From: Desulfatiglandales bacterium
GTDB taxonomy: Bacteria > Desulfobacterota > DSM-4660 > Desulfatiglandales > Desulfatiglandaceae
Direction: 5' to 3'
Length of the DNA: 32,000 bases
Assembly (NCBI GenBank): GCA_963666345.1
Contig: OY762721.1
Location: forward strand, 3,661,258 to 3,693,257
In this document: in pieces, positions 1-9,310 of the stretch
How positions within the stretch are numbered: position 1 is the stretch's first letter
How the letters are laid out: each line of letters begins with the position of its first letter
Program-made: the position numbers and the translations under genes
The notes under the pieces: model-generated
The model's input: the letters and a program-made list of their open reading frames with translations, nothing else
Databases searched by the model: none
Told to the model about the DNA's origin: nothing

Positions 1-1
1 A

Positions 2-844
2 AAGAGAATCGTTGCTTGTTCCCCACCTGTGAAGGGTCAAGGTATGTGGCCAGCGACACTCTATTCAATGGTTGCAGCTGGAGCGGAAGAAATATACTGC
101 ATGGGAGGGGTTCACGCTCTTGCATCTATGGCTTATGGCATGGAAGGGCTCGAACCTGTCGATATGATAGTGGGAGCCGGAAACAAGTTTGTTGCTGAGG
201 CCAAAAGGCAAATTTTTGGTGATGCCGGAATTGATCTGCTTGCCGGACCAACCGAAATCTTAATTATCGCAGATGATACCGCTGACCCTGTAATTGTCGC
301 TGGAGATCTTCTAGGACAGGCAGAGCATGATCCTAATTCCAGACAGGCCCTTATAGCTCTTTCCGAAAATATTGCTGAGGCAACCATCAAGGAGGTTGAT
401 TCTCAGTTGAAAGATTTGCCTACGCGAGATGTAGCCGGGATTGCTTGGAGAGACAACGGAGAGGTCATCGTAGTTGACAGCGCTGATGAAGCAATAGAAA
501 TATCAGATAAATGGGCGCCTGAACATCTGGAGGTTCAGACAGAGGATTGGAAGTATTATTTAGATAACCTGACTAATTATGGGTCACTATTTTTGGGGGA
601 AGAAACAACCGTTGCCTATGGGGATAAAACGATCGGTACTAATCATGTGCTGCCTACTATGCGATCGGCGCGCTATACCGGGGGGTTGTATGTTGGTAAG
701 TTTGTTAAGACAGTTACATATCAGTATGCAAACAGGGAAGGTTCTGCAAAGATTGCAGATGTATGTGAAAGGGCCTGTAATTATGAAAATATGCTTGCTC
801 ATGGGATCACATGTAAAATGAGAAAGGAGAAGTATCTGGGATAA
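2..844 (+). CDS. Histidinol-dehydrogenase-family NAD-dependent dehydrogenase, 5' end outside window
   Basis: The frame is open from nt 2 (KRIVACSPPVKGQG precedes the ORF-track Met at 29). HisD-family signatures are visible: GQAEHDPNS, WAPEHLEV, GTNHVLPT. The context is a transporter/catabolic operon, not a his operon. Confidence 0.8.
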   Translation, partial: KRIVACSPPVKGQGMWPATLYSMVAAGAEEIYCMGGVHALASMAYGMEGLEPVDMIVGAGNKFVAEAKRQIFGDAGIDLLAGPTEILIIADDTADPVIVAGDLLGQAEHDPNSRQALIALSENIAEATIKEVDSQLKDLPTRDVAGIAWRDNGEVIVVDSADEAIEISDKWAPEHLEVQTEDWKYYLDNLTNYGSLFLGEETTVAYGDKTIGTNHVLPTMRSARYTGGLYVGKFVKTVTYQYANREGSAKIADVCERACNYENMLAHGITCKMRKEKYLG

Positions 845-890
845 AGCTGCTTTTAACAATAAATGCAAATTAGACAAGGAGGAATATTTC

Positions 891-1874
891 ATGAAACACA
901 TGGTTAATATCTTAGTGTTGGTGCTTGGAATTTCATTCGCCATCGGTTCCTTTGGTACAGCAATGGCAGGATCGTCCTACCCGGAAAAACCGATAAAAGC
1001 AATTATTCCATTTGGTGCTGGAGGGTTTGTCGATTCGACAGCCAGAATCCTTCAGAAATCTCTCGAAAAAATTCTTCCTCAACCCGTGGTCATATTAAAT
1101 GTTCCTGGTGGTGGTGCTGTTATCGGGAGTAGGCAAGGGAAGGATGCTGATCCAAACGGCTATACATATTTGATGCAGATTGCTGCCATGATGACGGCGC
1201 AAACACTTGGTGTAGCAGATTTTGGTCCGGAAGACTTCGAGCCAGTAGCACAAACTGGAAGGGCTCCTTGTATGATATGTGTTAGATCAGATTCTCGCTT
1301 TAAAAATCTTGAGGATTTTGTTCAAGAAGTAAAAAAGAATCCAAATACTGTAAGAGAAGCAATCAACATTGGAGCAATAGTGCACTTTATCTCGCTATCT
1401 TTCTGTGACGCAGCAGGAGGACTGAAGATGAGATATGTTCAAACTGGAGGTGGTGCGAAGAGGCTTGCTGCTATCCTAGGAGGCCACGCTGATGTTGCCA
1501 TACTTGGTACAGCAGAAGCCAAAGCAACCTATGATTCTGGAGACATTCGCATTCTTGGATATTTAGGATCAGAGCGCAATCGTTTTTATCCGAAGGTTGC
1601 AACGGCTGGAGAACAAGGATACCCAGGTAGCTTTCTAGCTATGAATCTTTGGTGGTTTGCTCCTAAGGGTACTCCAAAAGCGAAAATTGAAGTAATGGCT
1701 GATGCCCTTGAAAAGGCAATGAAAGATCCTGAAGTATTGAAATCGCTTGAGGCTAGGACTACCGACGCAATATTTTATCGTGGTGAAGATGTCATAAAAA
1801 GCATTAAAGCTGACAAAGATGCAATAGACAGACTTGCTAAAAAATACAATATCACCAAGCCAAAGAAAAAATAG
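891..1874 (+). CDS. tctC: Tripartite tricarboxylate transporter periplasmic substrate-binding protein (TctC/Bug family)
   Basis: 327 aa with an N-terminal signal peptide (MKHMVNILVLVLGISFAIGSFGTAMA). Bug/TctC-like motif IPFGAGGFVDSTARIL. AAGGAGG at 876-882, 8 nt before the ATG. Followed by tctB- and tctA-like genes. Confidence 0.85.
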   Translation: MKHMVNILVLVLGISFAIGSFGTAMAGSSYPEKPIKAIIPFGAGGFVDSTARILQKSLEKILPQPVVILNVPGGGAVIGSRQGKDADPNGYTYLMQIAAMMTAQTLGVADFGPEDFEPVAQTGRAPCMICVRSDSRFKNLEDFVQEVKKNPNTVREAINIGAIVHFISLSFCDAAGGLKMRYVQTGGGAKRLAAILGGHADVAILGTAEAKATYDSGDIRILGYLGSERNRFYPKVATAGEQGYPGSFLAMNLWWFAPKGTPKAKIEVMADALEKAMKDPEVLKSLEARTTDAIFYRGEDVIKSIKADKDAIDRLAKKYNITKPKKK

Positions 1875-1891
1875 TTGTCTAATTCACAGAG

Positions 1892-1921
1892 CGCTTCTTG
1901 CTTTTGTTAAAGCAAGGAGCG
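1892..1921 (+). promoter_or_regulatory. Intercistronic stem-loop between tctC and tctB (13-bp stem with one G-U pair, TGTT loop), no trailing T-tract
   Basis: CGCTTCTTGCTTT-TGTT-AAAGCAAGGAGCG read directly. It sits 18 nt after the tctC stop. Such hairpins after binding-protein genes often set differential mRNA stability. Confidence 0.45.
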
Positions 1922-1957
1922 TGACCTTAACCTATAAAATATTTAATCGGTGCCTCT

Positions 1958-2461
1958 ATGCTTAAAGAATATTCAAATATTATAAAGGATATAATTCTTT
2001 CTCTTTCTATCCTTTTTGTATGTGCCTTAGCATATATTGGCTGTATGAGCCTAAGTGAATCACCTTATGAGCCCCTCGGAGCAGGCTTTATTCCAAAAAC
2101 AATCAGTATTGTTCTTGCATTACTTTCACTTATATTATTGGGGAAATCAGTCCGCAATGTATTTAAAAATCACCAAGGTAATGTCGAAGGCGTTAGTCAA
2201 TCAGAGCCTTTGCCGGCGGTTTTTAAAAGGCGACCAGGACTTGCTGTTTTAGGCGTTATATTAACGATATTATATATCAATGTTCTTTACTTTAGAATAA
2301 TGGGATTCAGAATATCAACCGTTCTATTTGGTGTTTTTCTAGGGACGCTGTTGTCAAGGTTCAATTATAAGAATAGTTTGATCTCTATTATAATAGCGGT
2401 GGTTATGGGGCTTGGCTTGCATTATATATTCACAAACGTATTCATAATCGATCTTCCTTAG
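1958..2461 (+). CDS. tctB: TctB-family small membrane subunit of TTT transporter
   Basis: 167 aa with about 4 hydrophobic segments. Position between the TctC- and TctA-like genes. Confidence 0.7.
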   Translation: MLKEYSNIIKDIILSLSILFVCALAYIGCMSLSESPYEPLGAGFIPKTISIVLALLSLILLGKSVRNVFKNHQGNVEGVSQSEPLPAVFKRRPGLAVLGVILTILYINVLYFRIMGFRISTVLFGVFLGTLLSRFNYKNSLISIIIAVVMGLGLHYIFTNVFIIDLP

Positions 2462-2530
2462 GTACTTTCAAAATACAAACAAAAGCACTGGAAATATCTT
2501 AAGCAGTTAATATGAGGGGGTTGTCTATAA

Positions 2531-4006
2531 ATGCTTTTATCATCGTTACTCAGTCTATTTGCTCCTGTTCCATTTTTTTACCTGGTTATTGGTGTCGTCT
2601 TAGGTTGCACGGTAGGCGCTATTCCTGGTCTTACAGGATCAATGCTGATAGTTCTTACTTTGCCGATGACTTTTTACATGGACAGCACGCTTGCAATGAT
2701 TCTACTGGTTGCGATGTATGTTGGAGCCATTAGTGGAGGACTAATCACTGCAACATTACTTCGCATGCCTGGAACGCCTTCTTCAATAATGACCACTTTT
2801 GACGGTTATCCAATGGCCAAAAATGGAATGGCAGGAAGGGCTATAGGGATAGGAATAACCGCATCTTTTGTGGGCGGATTAGTGTCATGGATATTCCTTG
2901 CTGTGCTCGCTCCTGTACTGGGTAGACTTGCTGTAAGATTTGGACCTTTTGAATATTTTTCCATGGTTTTAATGGCGCTGGTGCTTATAGCATCTGTGAG
3001 TGAAGGGTCGTTATTAAAAGGTTTCATTGCTGGTCTTTTAGGCTTGCTTGTTGCTACGCCAGGAATAGATCCTGTAACTGCTATGCAAAGACTTGATTTC
3101 GGATTTCATGAGATGGCTGGAGGTTTTGACATTTTACCTGTGCTAATTGGGCTATTTGGTGTTAGCCAGATTATTTCGGATATGGTTAATATCGAACAAA
3201 GGCCTGAAAAAGTCCCATTTAGATTTAAAAGCATGTTTATGTCTTTCAAAGAATTGAAGAGTCAGGCAGTCAATATGATAAGATCTTCAGTTATTGGAAC
3301 ATGGATCGGCATTCTTCCCGGGATAGGTGCAAATATAGGCTCAATAATCGCGTATGGGGCTGCTAAAAACACATCGAAGTCGCCGGAAAAATTTGGGACT
3401 GGTTCTGAAGAAGGCATCGTAGCATCTGAATCTGCCAATAATGCTACCGTTGGAGGCGCATTAATTCCGCTTATTACTCTCGGGATTCCAGGAAGTATTA
3501 TTGATGCAGTTCTTCTTGGTGCCATGTTTATTCATAACGTTCAGCCAGGACCACTTTTATTCAAAACTCATCCCGAAATGGCATATGGTGTAATATCAGC
3601 CTGTCTAGTGGCTAATATAATAATGTTTATTGTAATGATTTTTGCCACTGTATTGATAGCCAAGATAATTGATGTGCCTAAAGAGTTCATTATTCCGGTT
3701 GTTATTGCTTTTTGTGTGGTAGGAGCTTTTGCTTTACATAACAGAATGTTTGATGTTTGGGTCATGTTCGGCTTTGGACTTGTGGGCTATTTATTGGAAA
3801 GGGCATCAGTTCCGCTTGCTCCTTTTATTATTGGTTTAATACTATGTCCGCTTGCAGAATTACCGTTACGTCAGGGTTTGATGGCGTCTGCCGGTGATTA
3901 TTCTCCTTTCATAACTAGACCGGTGTCTCTATTTTTCCTGATAGTAGCAGTGGGAACTTTTATCTTTAGTTTACGAAGAGAGCTTAAAGGGCAAAAAAAC
4001 AACTAA
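2531..4006 (+). CDS. tctA: TctA-family large permease subunit of TTT transporter
   Basis: 491 aa, highly hydrophobic polytopic protein. TctA-like segments (GAIPGLTGSM, GILPGIGANIGS, TLGIPGS). Operon order is tctC-B-A. Confidence 0.85.
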   Translation: MLLSSLLSLFAPVPFFYLVIGVVLGCTVGAIPGLTGSMLIVLTLPMTFYMDSTLAMILLVAMYVGAISGGLITATLLRMPGTPSSIMTTFDGYPMAKNGMAGRAIGIGITASFVGGLVSWIFLAVLAPVLGRLAVRFGPFEYFSMVLMALVLIASVSEGSLLKGFIAGLLGLLVATPGIDPVTAMQRLDFGFHEMAGGFDILPVLIGLFGVSQIISDMVNIEQRPEKVPFRFKSMFMSFKELKSQAVNMIRSSVIGTWIGILPGIGANIGSIIAYGAAKNTSKSPEKFGTGSEEGIVASESANNATVGGALIPLITLGIPGSIIDAVLLGAMFIHNVQPGPLLFKTHPEMAYGVISACLVANIIMFIVMIFATVLIAKIIDVPKEFIIPVVIAFCVVGAFALHNRMFDVWVMFGFGLVGYLLERASVPLAPFIIGLILCPLAELPLRQGLMASAGDYSPFITRPVSLFFLIVAVGTFIFSLRRELKGQKNN

Positions 4007-4056
4007 TTTAATAACTTTATAATGTTATATTTAATACTTTTGTTAAGGAGTAAAAG

Positions 4057-5445
4057 ATGAAAAATGTAATTTTAATTGTGCTTGACAGTTTAAGGAAAGA
4101 TCATGTCGGTAGCTATGGCAACGAATGGATAAAGACTCCGAACCTCGACAAATTTTATTCTGAGAGCTTCAGCTTTTCACAAGCATACCCAGAGACTCTT
4201 GCGACGTTACCCGTAAGAAGAGGTATTATGACCGGTCGGAGGGTTTACCCATTCAAAGATTGGAAAGGCTCTGCTTTAGGGGATTTTATATCAGCGCCTG
4301 GATGGCAACCATTAGCTGATGATGATGTTACATTGTCAGAAGTATTTTTTGAAGCTGGGTATCAAACTTCCTTCATTACAGATGTATATCATCTTTTTAA
4401 ACCCTCAATGAATTTTCATAGAGGTTTTTGTGAATGGAGATTCATCCGAGGACAGGAACTTGATCTCCTGGATTGCTCCCGTCCTGAGGTAAATTTGGAT
4501 CATTATATAACTCCCAGGATGAAGGGCCTGGTATCTGAAAATCAAACAGCCCAATATCTCACAAATGTTAGACACAGAAAGGGAGAAGAAGATCATTTTG
4601 CGCCAACGGTGTTCCAGGAGGCCATAAATTGGATAGATAGGAATAAAGATAACGGTCCTTTTTATCTACATTTAGATAGCTTTGATCCTCATGAACCTTG
4701 GGACCCACCAGCAAAGTATTGGGGTTTGTACCATGATCCAGATTATAAAGGTCATCAGGTCATCTGCCCTGACTATGGCGATCCTCTCACATTTATGACT
4801 GAGGAGGAATTAACTCATACAAAAGCCCTTTATGCTGGAGAGGTTACCATGGTTGATACCTGGTTCGGCAAGTTCATGGAAAAGATGTCTGAATTGGGCT
4901 TAGATGAAAATACTCTTGTAGTTGTATTGTCTGACCATGGCCATCCTCTAGGAGAGCACAATCTAATACGAAAAACTCCTGCTGCAATGTATCCCGAATT
5001 GTTGGATATCCCGCTCATGATTCGTCATCCTTCAGGCTTAAAAGCAGGTGAACAGACTGATGGTTATGTCTATAACCATGATTTGTTCACAACTATGCTT
5101 AATTTTGCAGATATACCGGTTAACTGGTCTGTGGATGGAATTGATTTGATGAATATGACGAATAAGAGAGATTACGCTACCTGTGCATTTAAGGGAACTG
5201 TCTGGGCAAAGACGAATGATTATGCGTATTTTTCACTTATGGATGGCGAAAATGCGAAACTATTTGATCTAAAAGAGGATCCGGGTCAATACGACAATAT
5301 CGCTGATAAAAAGCCGAACGTGGTAAAAGAAATGTTTGGCCTCACTCTGGCTGATGCCGACGGGGCTCTTCCCGATTTTTCCAGTCTTAAGGGGCAGCTT
5401 ACGGCGCCTAGATTTAGCACGGCTTTGAGCATAAATAGAAAGTAA
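4057..5445 (+). CDS. Sulfatase/alkaline-phosphatase-superfamily hydrolase, cytoplasmic, Thr at the nucleophile position
   Basis: 462 aa. N-terminal VLDSLRKDH metal-ligand motif and C-terminal LSDHGHPLGEH. The C/S-x-P-x-R signature reads T-L-P-V-R-RG-IM-TG in register. No signal peptide. AAGGAG RBS upstream. Confidence 0.75.
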   Translation: MKNVILIVLDSLRKDHVGSYGNEWIKTPNLDKFYSESFSFSQAYPETLATLPVRRGIMTGRRVYPFKDWKGSALGDFISAPGWQPLADDDVTLSEVFFEAGYQTSFITDVYHLFKPSMNFHRGFCEWRFIRGQELDLLDCSRPEVNLDHYITPRMKGLVSENQTAQYLTNVRHRKGEEDHFAPTVFQEAINWIDRNKDNGPFYLHLDSFDPHEPWDPPAKYWGLYHDPDYKGHQVICPDYGDPLTFMTEEELTHTKALYAGEVTMVDTWFGKFMEKMSELGLDENTLVVVLSDHGHPLGEHNLIRKTPAAMYPELLDIPLMIRHPSGLKAGEQTDGYVYNHDLFTTMLNFADIPVNWSVDGIDLMNMTNKRDYATCAFKGTVWAKTNDYAYFSLMDGENAKLFDLKEDPGQYDNIADKKPNVVKEMFGLTLADADGALPDFSSLKGQLTAPRFSTALSINRK

Positions 5446-5510
5446 GCGAAAATTTGATATGTGCTCACTGATATTGTTTGTTAAGTGTGGTAAGAGAGCA
5501 GAGGTTCAAT

Positions 5511-6266
5511 ATGTTTGATTTAGACGGAAAAGTTGCATTGGTAACCGGAGCCAATCGAGGGATAGGGCGGAAGATTGCCCTTACTCTTGCCGAGGCGGGC
5601 GCCAATATAGCTCTTGTGGCCAGAGATAAAGACAAACTCAATTTAGTCGCGGATGAAATACGGGCTTTAGGGAAAAGTGCTGAGGTGTTTTCAGCCGATT
5701 TGAATCTGATAGGGAGTTTAGCATCTTTGGCGCAAGATGTAGATAGAATGATGGGCGGTATAGATATCCTTGTCAATAACGCCGGGATCAACATACCTCA
5801 GGAATCCATAGATGTTACTGAAGATGCATGGGATGCCATAATGGATCTTAACCTTAAATCTGCATTTTTTCTAGCTCAGGCAGTTGGAAAGCTGATGATT
5901 TTGCGCGAAGGTGGGGGAAGAATAATCAATATCAGTTCGCAGACAGGATCTGTTGCACTCGCAAAAAGAGCTGTATATTGTGCCAGCAAGGCAGGAATGA
6001 ATCTTATCACAAAGGTCCTGGCAGTTGATTGGGCACAATATGGGATTCTTGTCAATGCGGTGGCCCCCACCTTTATAGAAACTGATTTTACCAAGGATGC
6101 TTTGGCTGATCCAGACTTTCGGGAATATGCATTGTCAAAAAATGTTTTAAAACGTTTGGGAAAACCCGAGGATGTAGCTGGCGCAGTTCTCTATCTTTCA
6201 ACGGATGCTGCAAAATTGGTAACGGGGCATGTGCTTATGGTAGATGGTGGCTGGACTGCACATTAA
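5511..6266 (+). CDS. Short-chain dehydrogenase/reductase (SDR, FabG-like)
   Basis: TGANRGIGRKIA Rossmann motif, NNAG, and S...YCASK catalytic motif. Start moved to ATG 5511 (MFDLDGKVALVTG), typical for SDRs; the ORF-track start at 5478 is less likely. Confidence 0.85.
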   Translation: MFDLDGKVALVTGANRGIGRKIALTLAEAGANIALVARDKDKLNLVADEIRALGKSAEVFSADLNLIGSLASLAQDVDRMMGGIDILVNNAGINIPQESIDVTEDAWDAIMDLNLKSAFFLAQAVGKLMILREGGGRIINISSQTGSVALAKRAVYCASKAGMNLITKVLAVDWAQYGILVNAVAPTFIETDFTKDALADPDFREYALSKNVLKRLGKPEDVAGAVLYLSTDAAKLVTGHVLMVDGGWTAH

Positions 6267-6330
6267 ACTTTGATTAAAGCATAGTTACTTCAAAAAAAAT
6301 CGAGAGAACAAAAAATCTAAGGGATTTGGT

Positions 6331-7299
6331 ATGATCAATAGAAAAACTGAAAAGAAAATTCAGCAGGCAACTGTAATCGGTGCTGGAGTTATGGGGCATG
6401 GTATAGCTCAGTTCCTTGCCTATAATGGTTTGAAGGTAACATTAGTTGATAATAATGAGAAAAATTTAGAGCAGGCAAAAAAATGGATTGATGACAACTT
6501 AAAAGTAATGGTTGATCTCGGAGAGATCAAAGAAACCGAAATTTCAAGTTTGTTGTCTAGAATTGTTTTCGCTACAGAATTGAGTGAAAGCATAAAAGGT
6601 TCTAAATACGTTTTAGAAGCAATTACTGAAAATTTGGAAATAAAGAAAAAGATATGGAAAATAATGGGAGAATATTCAGATGGCGATGCCATTTTGGCTT
6701 CAAATACATCATCATATGATATAAATGAACTTGGCAAAGGGGTTCCCAATGAGGAACGGGTTATTGGCACACATTGGTTCCACCCCCCACCCATTACGCC
6801 TTGTGTCGAGGTCATTCCTTCCGAAAAGACAAATGATAGCACGATTCACTTTGTAGTGGATTTTCTCAAGGATATAGGAAAAATTCCAACAAAATGCGAA
6901 AGCGCCCCAGGTTTTGTAGCTAATCGTCTCCAAATGGCACTAGCCGCAGAAGCAATCGCTTTGGTTGAAAATGGTCTTGCAACCCCAAATGAAGTAGATC
7001 AAATCGTAAAAACATCATTCGGCTTCCGTTTGAGTGCCTATGGCCCTTTTGAAATAATTGACCAAGCAGGAGCAGACACTTATCTAAGCATCTTTGAATA
7101 TCTTTATGAAAAATTGGGGAAAAAGCACTTTAAACCTCCTCGCCTTTTAACTGATCAGGTTAAGGCTGGTTGCTTAGGACTTAAAGTTTCAAAGGGTTTT
7201 TATGACTATACAGAAGGGGCTGCCGATTCTGTTAGGCGCAACCGTGATCGTAAGCTGTATGCAAGGCTAAGACTCTTTAATAAAGAGGCCATAGATTGA
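6331..7299 (+). CDS. 3-hydroxyacyl-CoA dehydrogenase family protein (Hbd-like)
   Basis: VIGAGVMGHGIAQ NAD-binding motif, SNTSS, HWFHPPP. Length of 322 aa is typical of 3-hydroxybutyryl-CoA dehydrogenases. Confidence 0.8.
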   Translation: MINRKTEKKIQQATVIGAGVMGHGIAQFLAYNGLKVTLVDNNEKNLEQAKKWIDDNLKVMVDLGEIKETEISSLLSRIVFATELSESIKGSKYVLEAITENLEIKKKIWKIMGEYSDGDAILASNTSSYDINELGKGVPNEERVIGTHWFHPPPITPCVEVIPSEKTNDSTIHFVVDFLKDIGKIPTKCESAPGFVANRLQMALAAEAIALVENGLATPNEVDQIVKTSFGFRLSAYGPFEIIDQAGADTYLSIFEYLYEKLGKKHFKPPRLLTDQVKAGCLGLKVSKGFYDYTEGAADSVRRNRDRKLYARLRLFNKEAID

Positions 7300-7634
7300 A
7301 ACAAGCTCTCTCTTAATTGGTACCCGCTCATTCATTTGGATTGATACTTTACTCCTATCATGGGAGGAATCAGGGGGAAATGAAATGCCTTTTCACCCTG
7401 ATGATATTGGATGGCCTCTTCATTAAACTGTATGCTTTTTTCTCTTTTTGGTGTATTATGGGATTATTACGGCAGTGCTCTCCTTCCTGTGGCTCAATCG
7501 TTTTTTGTCAATTCAATTGATACCACATGGGGACACTGCCGTCCCTTTCAAAAAAAGCTAAACTTGATTATACGTTATCACCAGTTGGGTTTTTCCGCAT
7601 TCTTTATCTATTCAATGTCAGGTGCCCGGCCTTC

Positions 7635-8585
7635 TCAGGCCCCCTTTACAGGCAGGGCCGGTTCCTCATTTACCGTGAGAGTGAATATGTCTGCCCTTGC
7701 GTAGTGGCCTGTTACGTCAAAATCGACCCTTGCCCTTACGACTTCGGCCATATCCAGTTCGGCATAGAGTATGCCATCCCTGTCATACAGGGGTCCTTCA
7801 ATCACCTCCCCGAACGGGGATATGATAGCGCTTCCACCTCTGGTGATTATATCAGGCTGGTCTTTTAGTTCCTCAAGATTCCTTATCTCCTCAGGATACA
7901 TATCCTTTGTCATGAACTGGTTACAGGAAAGCACAAAACAGCGGCTTTCGCACGCAATATGCCTCATGCTGGCGTGCCAGGAATCCCTTGAGTCGGCGGT
8001 GGGGGCAAGATATATGTCCAGTCCTTTGCCGTACATGGCCATTCTTGCAAGAGGCATGTAGTTTTCCCAGCATATGAGTCCGCCTACCCTTCCAAATGGG
8101 GTATCTATGACCGTCAGGGTGCTTCCGTCCCCCTCGCCCCATATGAGTCTTTCGGAACCTGTGGGTTTGAGTTTCCTGTGTTTTCCGAGCAGTTCTCCAT
8201 GGGGCCCGAAATAGACAAGGGTACAGTAAAGTGTCCCGCGGCTGAAGGTCGAATCGCGCTCAATGACCCCGATAGCAGCAAACACGCCTGCTTCCCTTGC
8301 CGCCTTTCCGATCAGCTCGGTCTGCCTGCCCGGTACGTCAACCGCTGTTTCCCAGTAACGCTGCCACACCTTTCTTCCTTCAGGACTCCTGCTTCCCACA
8401 ACCATCCCGAAATTGAGTCCCCTCGGGTAGGCGGGTATGAGCGCCTCGGGAAAGAGTATGAATTTGGCCCCTTCAGATGCGGCCTCATGAATGAGTTCGC
8501 ACACCCTATCCGTTATGGCGTCCCTGTCAAAGGGAACAGGAGCTGCCTGTACCACCGCGACCTTCACAGGAGATGGTGATGTCAT
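7635..8585 (-). CDS. Nitrilase (carbon-nitrogen hydrolase superfamily)
   Basis: 316 aa. Glu-Lys-Cys triad contexts FPEALIP, HRKLKPT, LICWENYMPLAR are typical of branch-1 nitrilases. Confidence 0.85.
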   Translation of the reverse strand: MTSPSPVKVAVVQAAPVPFDRDAITDRVCELIHEAASEGAKFILFPEALIPAYPRGLNFGMVVGSRSPEGRKVWQRYWETAVDVPGRQTELIGKAAREAGVFAAIGVIERDSTFSRGTLYCTLVYFGPHGELLGKHRKLKPTGSERLIWGEGDGSTLTVIDTPFGRVGGLICWENYMPLARMAMYGKGLDIYLAPTADSRDSWHASMRHIACESRCFVLSCNQFMTKDMYPEEIRNLEELKDQPDIITRGGSAIISPFGEVIEGPLYDRDGILYAELDMAEVVRARVDFDVTGHYARADIFTLTVNEEPALPVKGA

Positions 8586-8690
8586 ATTTTTTATTACCTC
8601 CTCGGCCCGGTCCTTAAGACCGGGATTTTTTTACTCAGTATCTCTTTAAAAAGATTTCGCATGACTTTTGCAGGGGCTTCAACTCTTTTG

Positions 8691-8940
8691 GGTTCTTCTC
8701 TCAATTAGTTGGGAGAAAGGGTCCAAGGGTTCCAGGATTCAAGAGTTTGGTTTCCAGGGATTTGATCATTGCTTTCAGCATTGTCTCGACATCCCCGATT
8801 TTCCCCCTTAATTCCTGAAGCCTCTGTTTTTTCAAATAACCCAAGTCACCTGATATCCTGGCCTGGGTTTCCAATTCACAGACTGAACCATATGCAATAT
8901 AGAGAAATCTCACATACTCTATAGTCGTTTTTCTCCCATA
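8691..8940. repeat. Left arm of about 250-bp inverted repeat (pairs with 16064-16321)
   Basis: I hand-aligned the reverse complement against 16064-16321. This gave about 22 substitutions plus one 8-nt indel over about 250 nt. Confidence 0.85.
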
Positions 8941-9102
8941 CCCTTAGGCGATATTCGATGGTATGGAAACAGCGGATCTTCTGATTCGGGAGGTCAAAGC
9001 GTACCGCTCATCTTTTGAAAAACGTTTTGTTTCCTTATAAATATGAAAACAAAGCGTATACGATTTTTGCCGAATGTTTAACTCTTTATGATTTTTAAGC
9101 AT
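8701..9102 (-). pseudogene. Four-helix-bundle protein gene (23S rRNA intervening-sequence-protein family), full length but interrupted by an in-frame TAA at 8944-8946
   Basis: My translation from ATG (complement of 9100-9102) gives MLKNHKELNIRQKSYTLCFHIYKETKRFSKDERYALTSRIRRSAVSIPSNIA*GYGRKTTIEYVRFLYIAYGSVCELETQ... It continues in frame into the ORF-track ORF 8701..8913. The stop replaces the Glu of the family motif NIAEGYGR. Confidence 0.7.
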
Positions 9103-9310
9103 TTCACTTGACCCCTTGACCCCTTGAATCCTATTTGATCACAATTAATCAAATGATGTTCCCTGAAGCTTAACAGAGCAATCCTGGATTATCAAGACCG
9201 GTCGGAAAGAGATACCGATTTGGCATTTTTCCTTTTTGATGGTACATTTATGTCTGATTTTTTTACAGGCTTACGGATCGATCCTTCATACTTCACATCA
9301 GGGGAGGACA

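Noticed and set aside
7317-7868. Three overlapping plus-strand ORFs (67-113 aa) in the compositional transition region
   Set aside because: They overlap one another and the 3' end of the nitrilase gene. The products are Phe/Leu/Ser-rich low-complexity sequences without motifs or RBSs.
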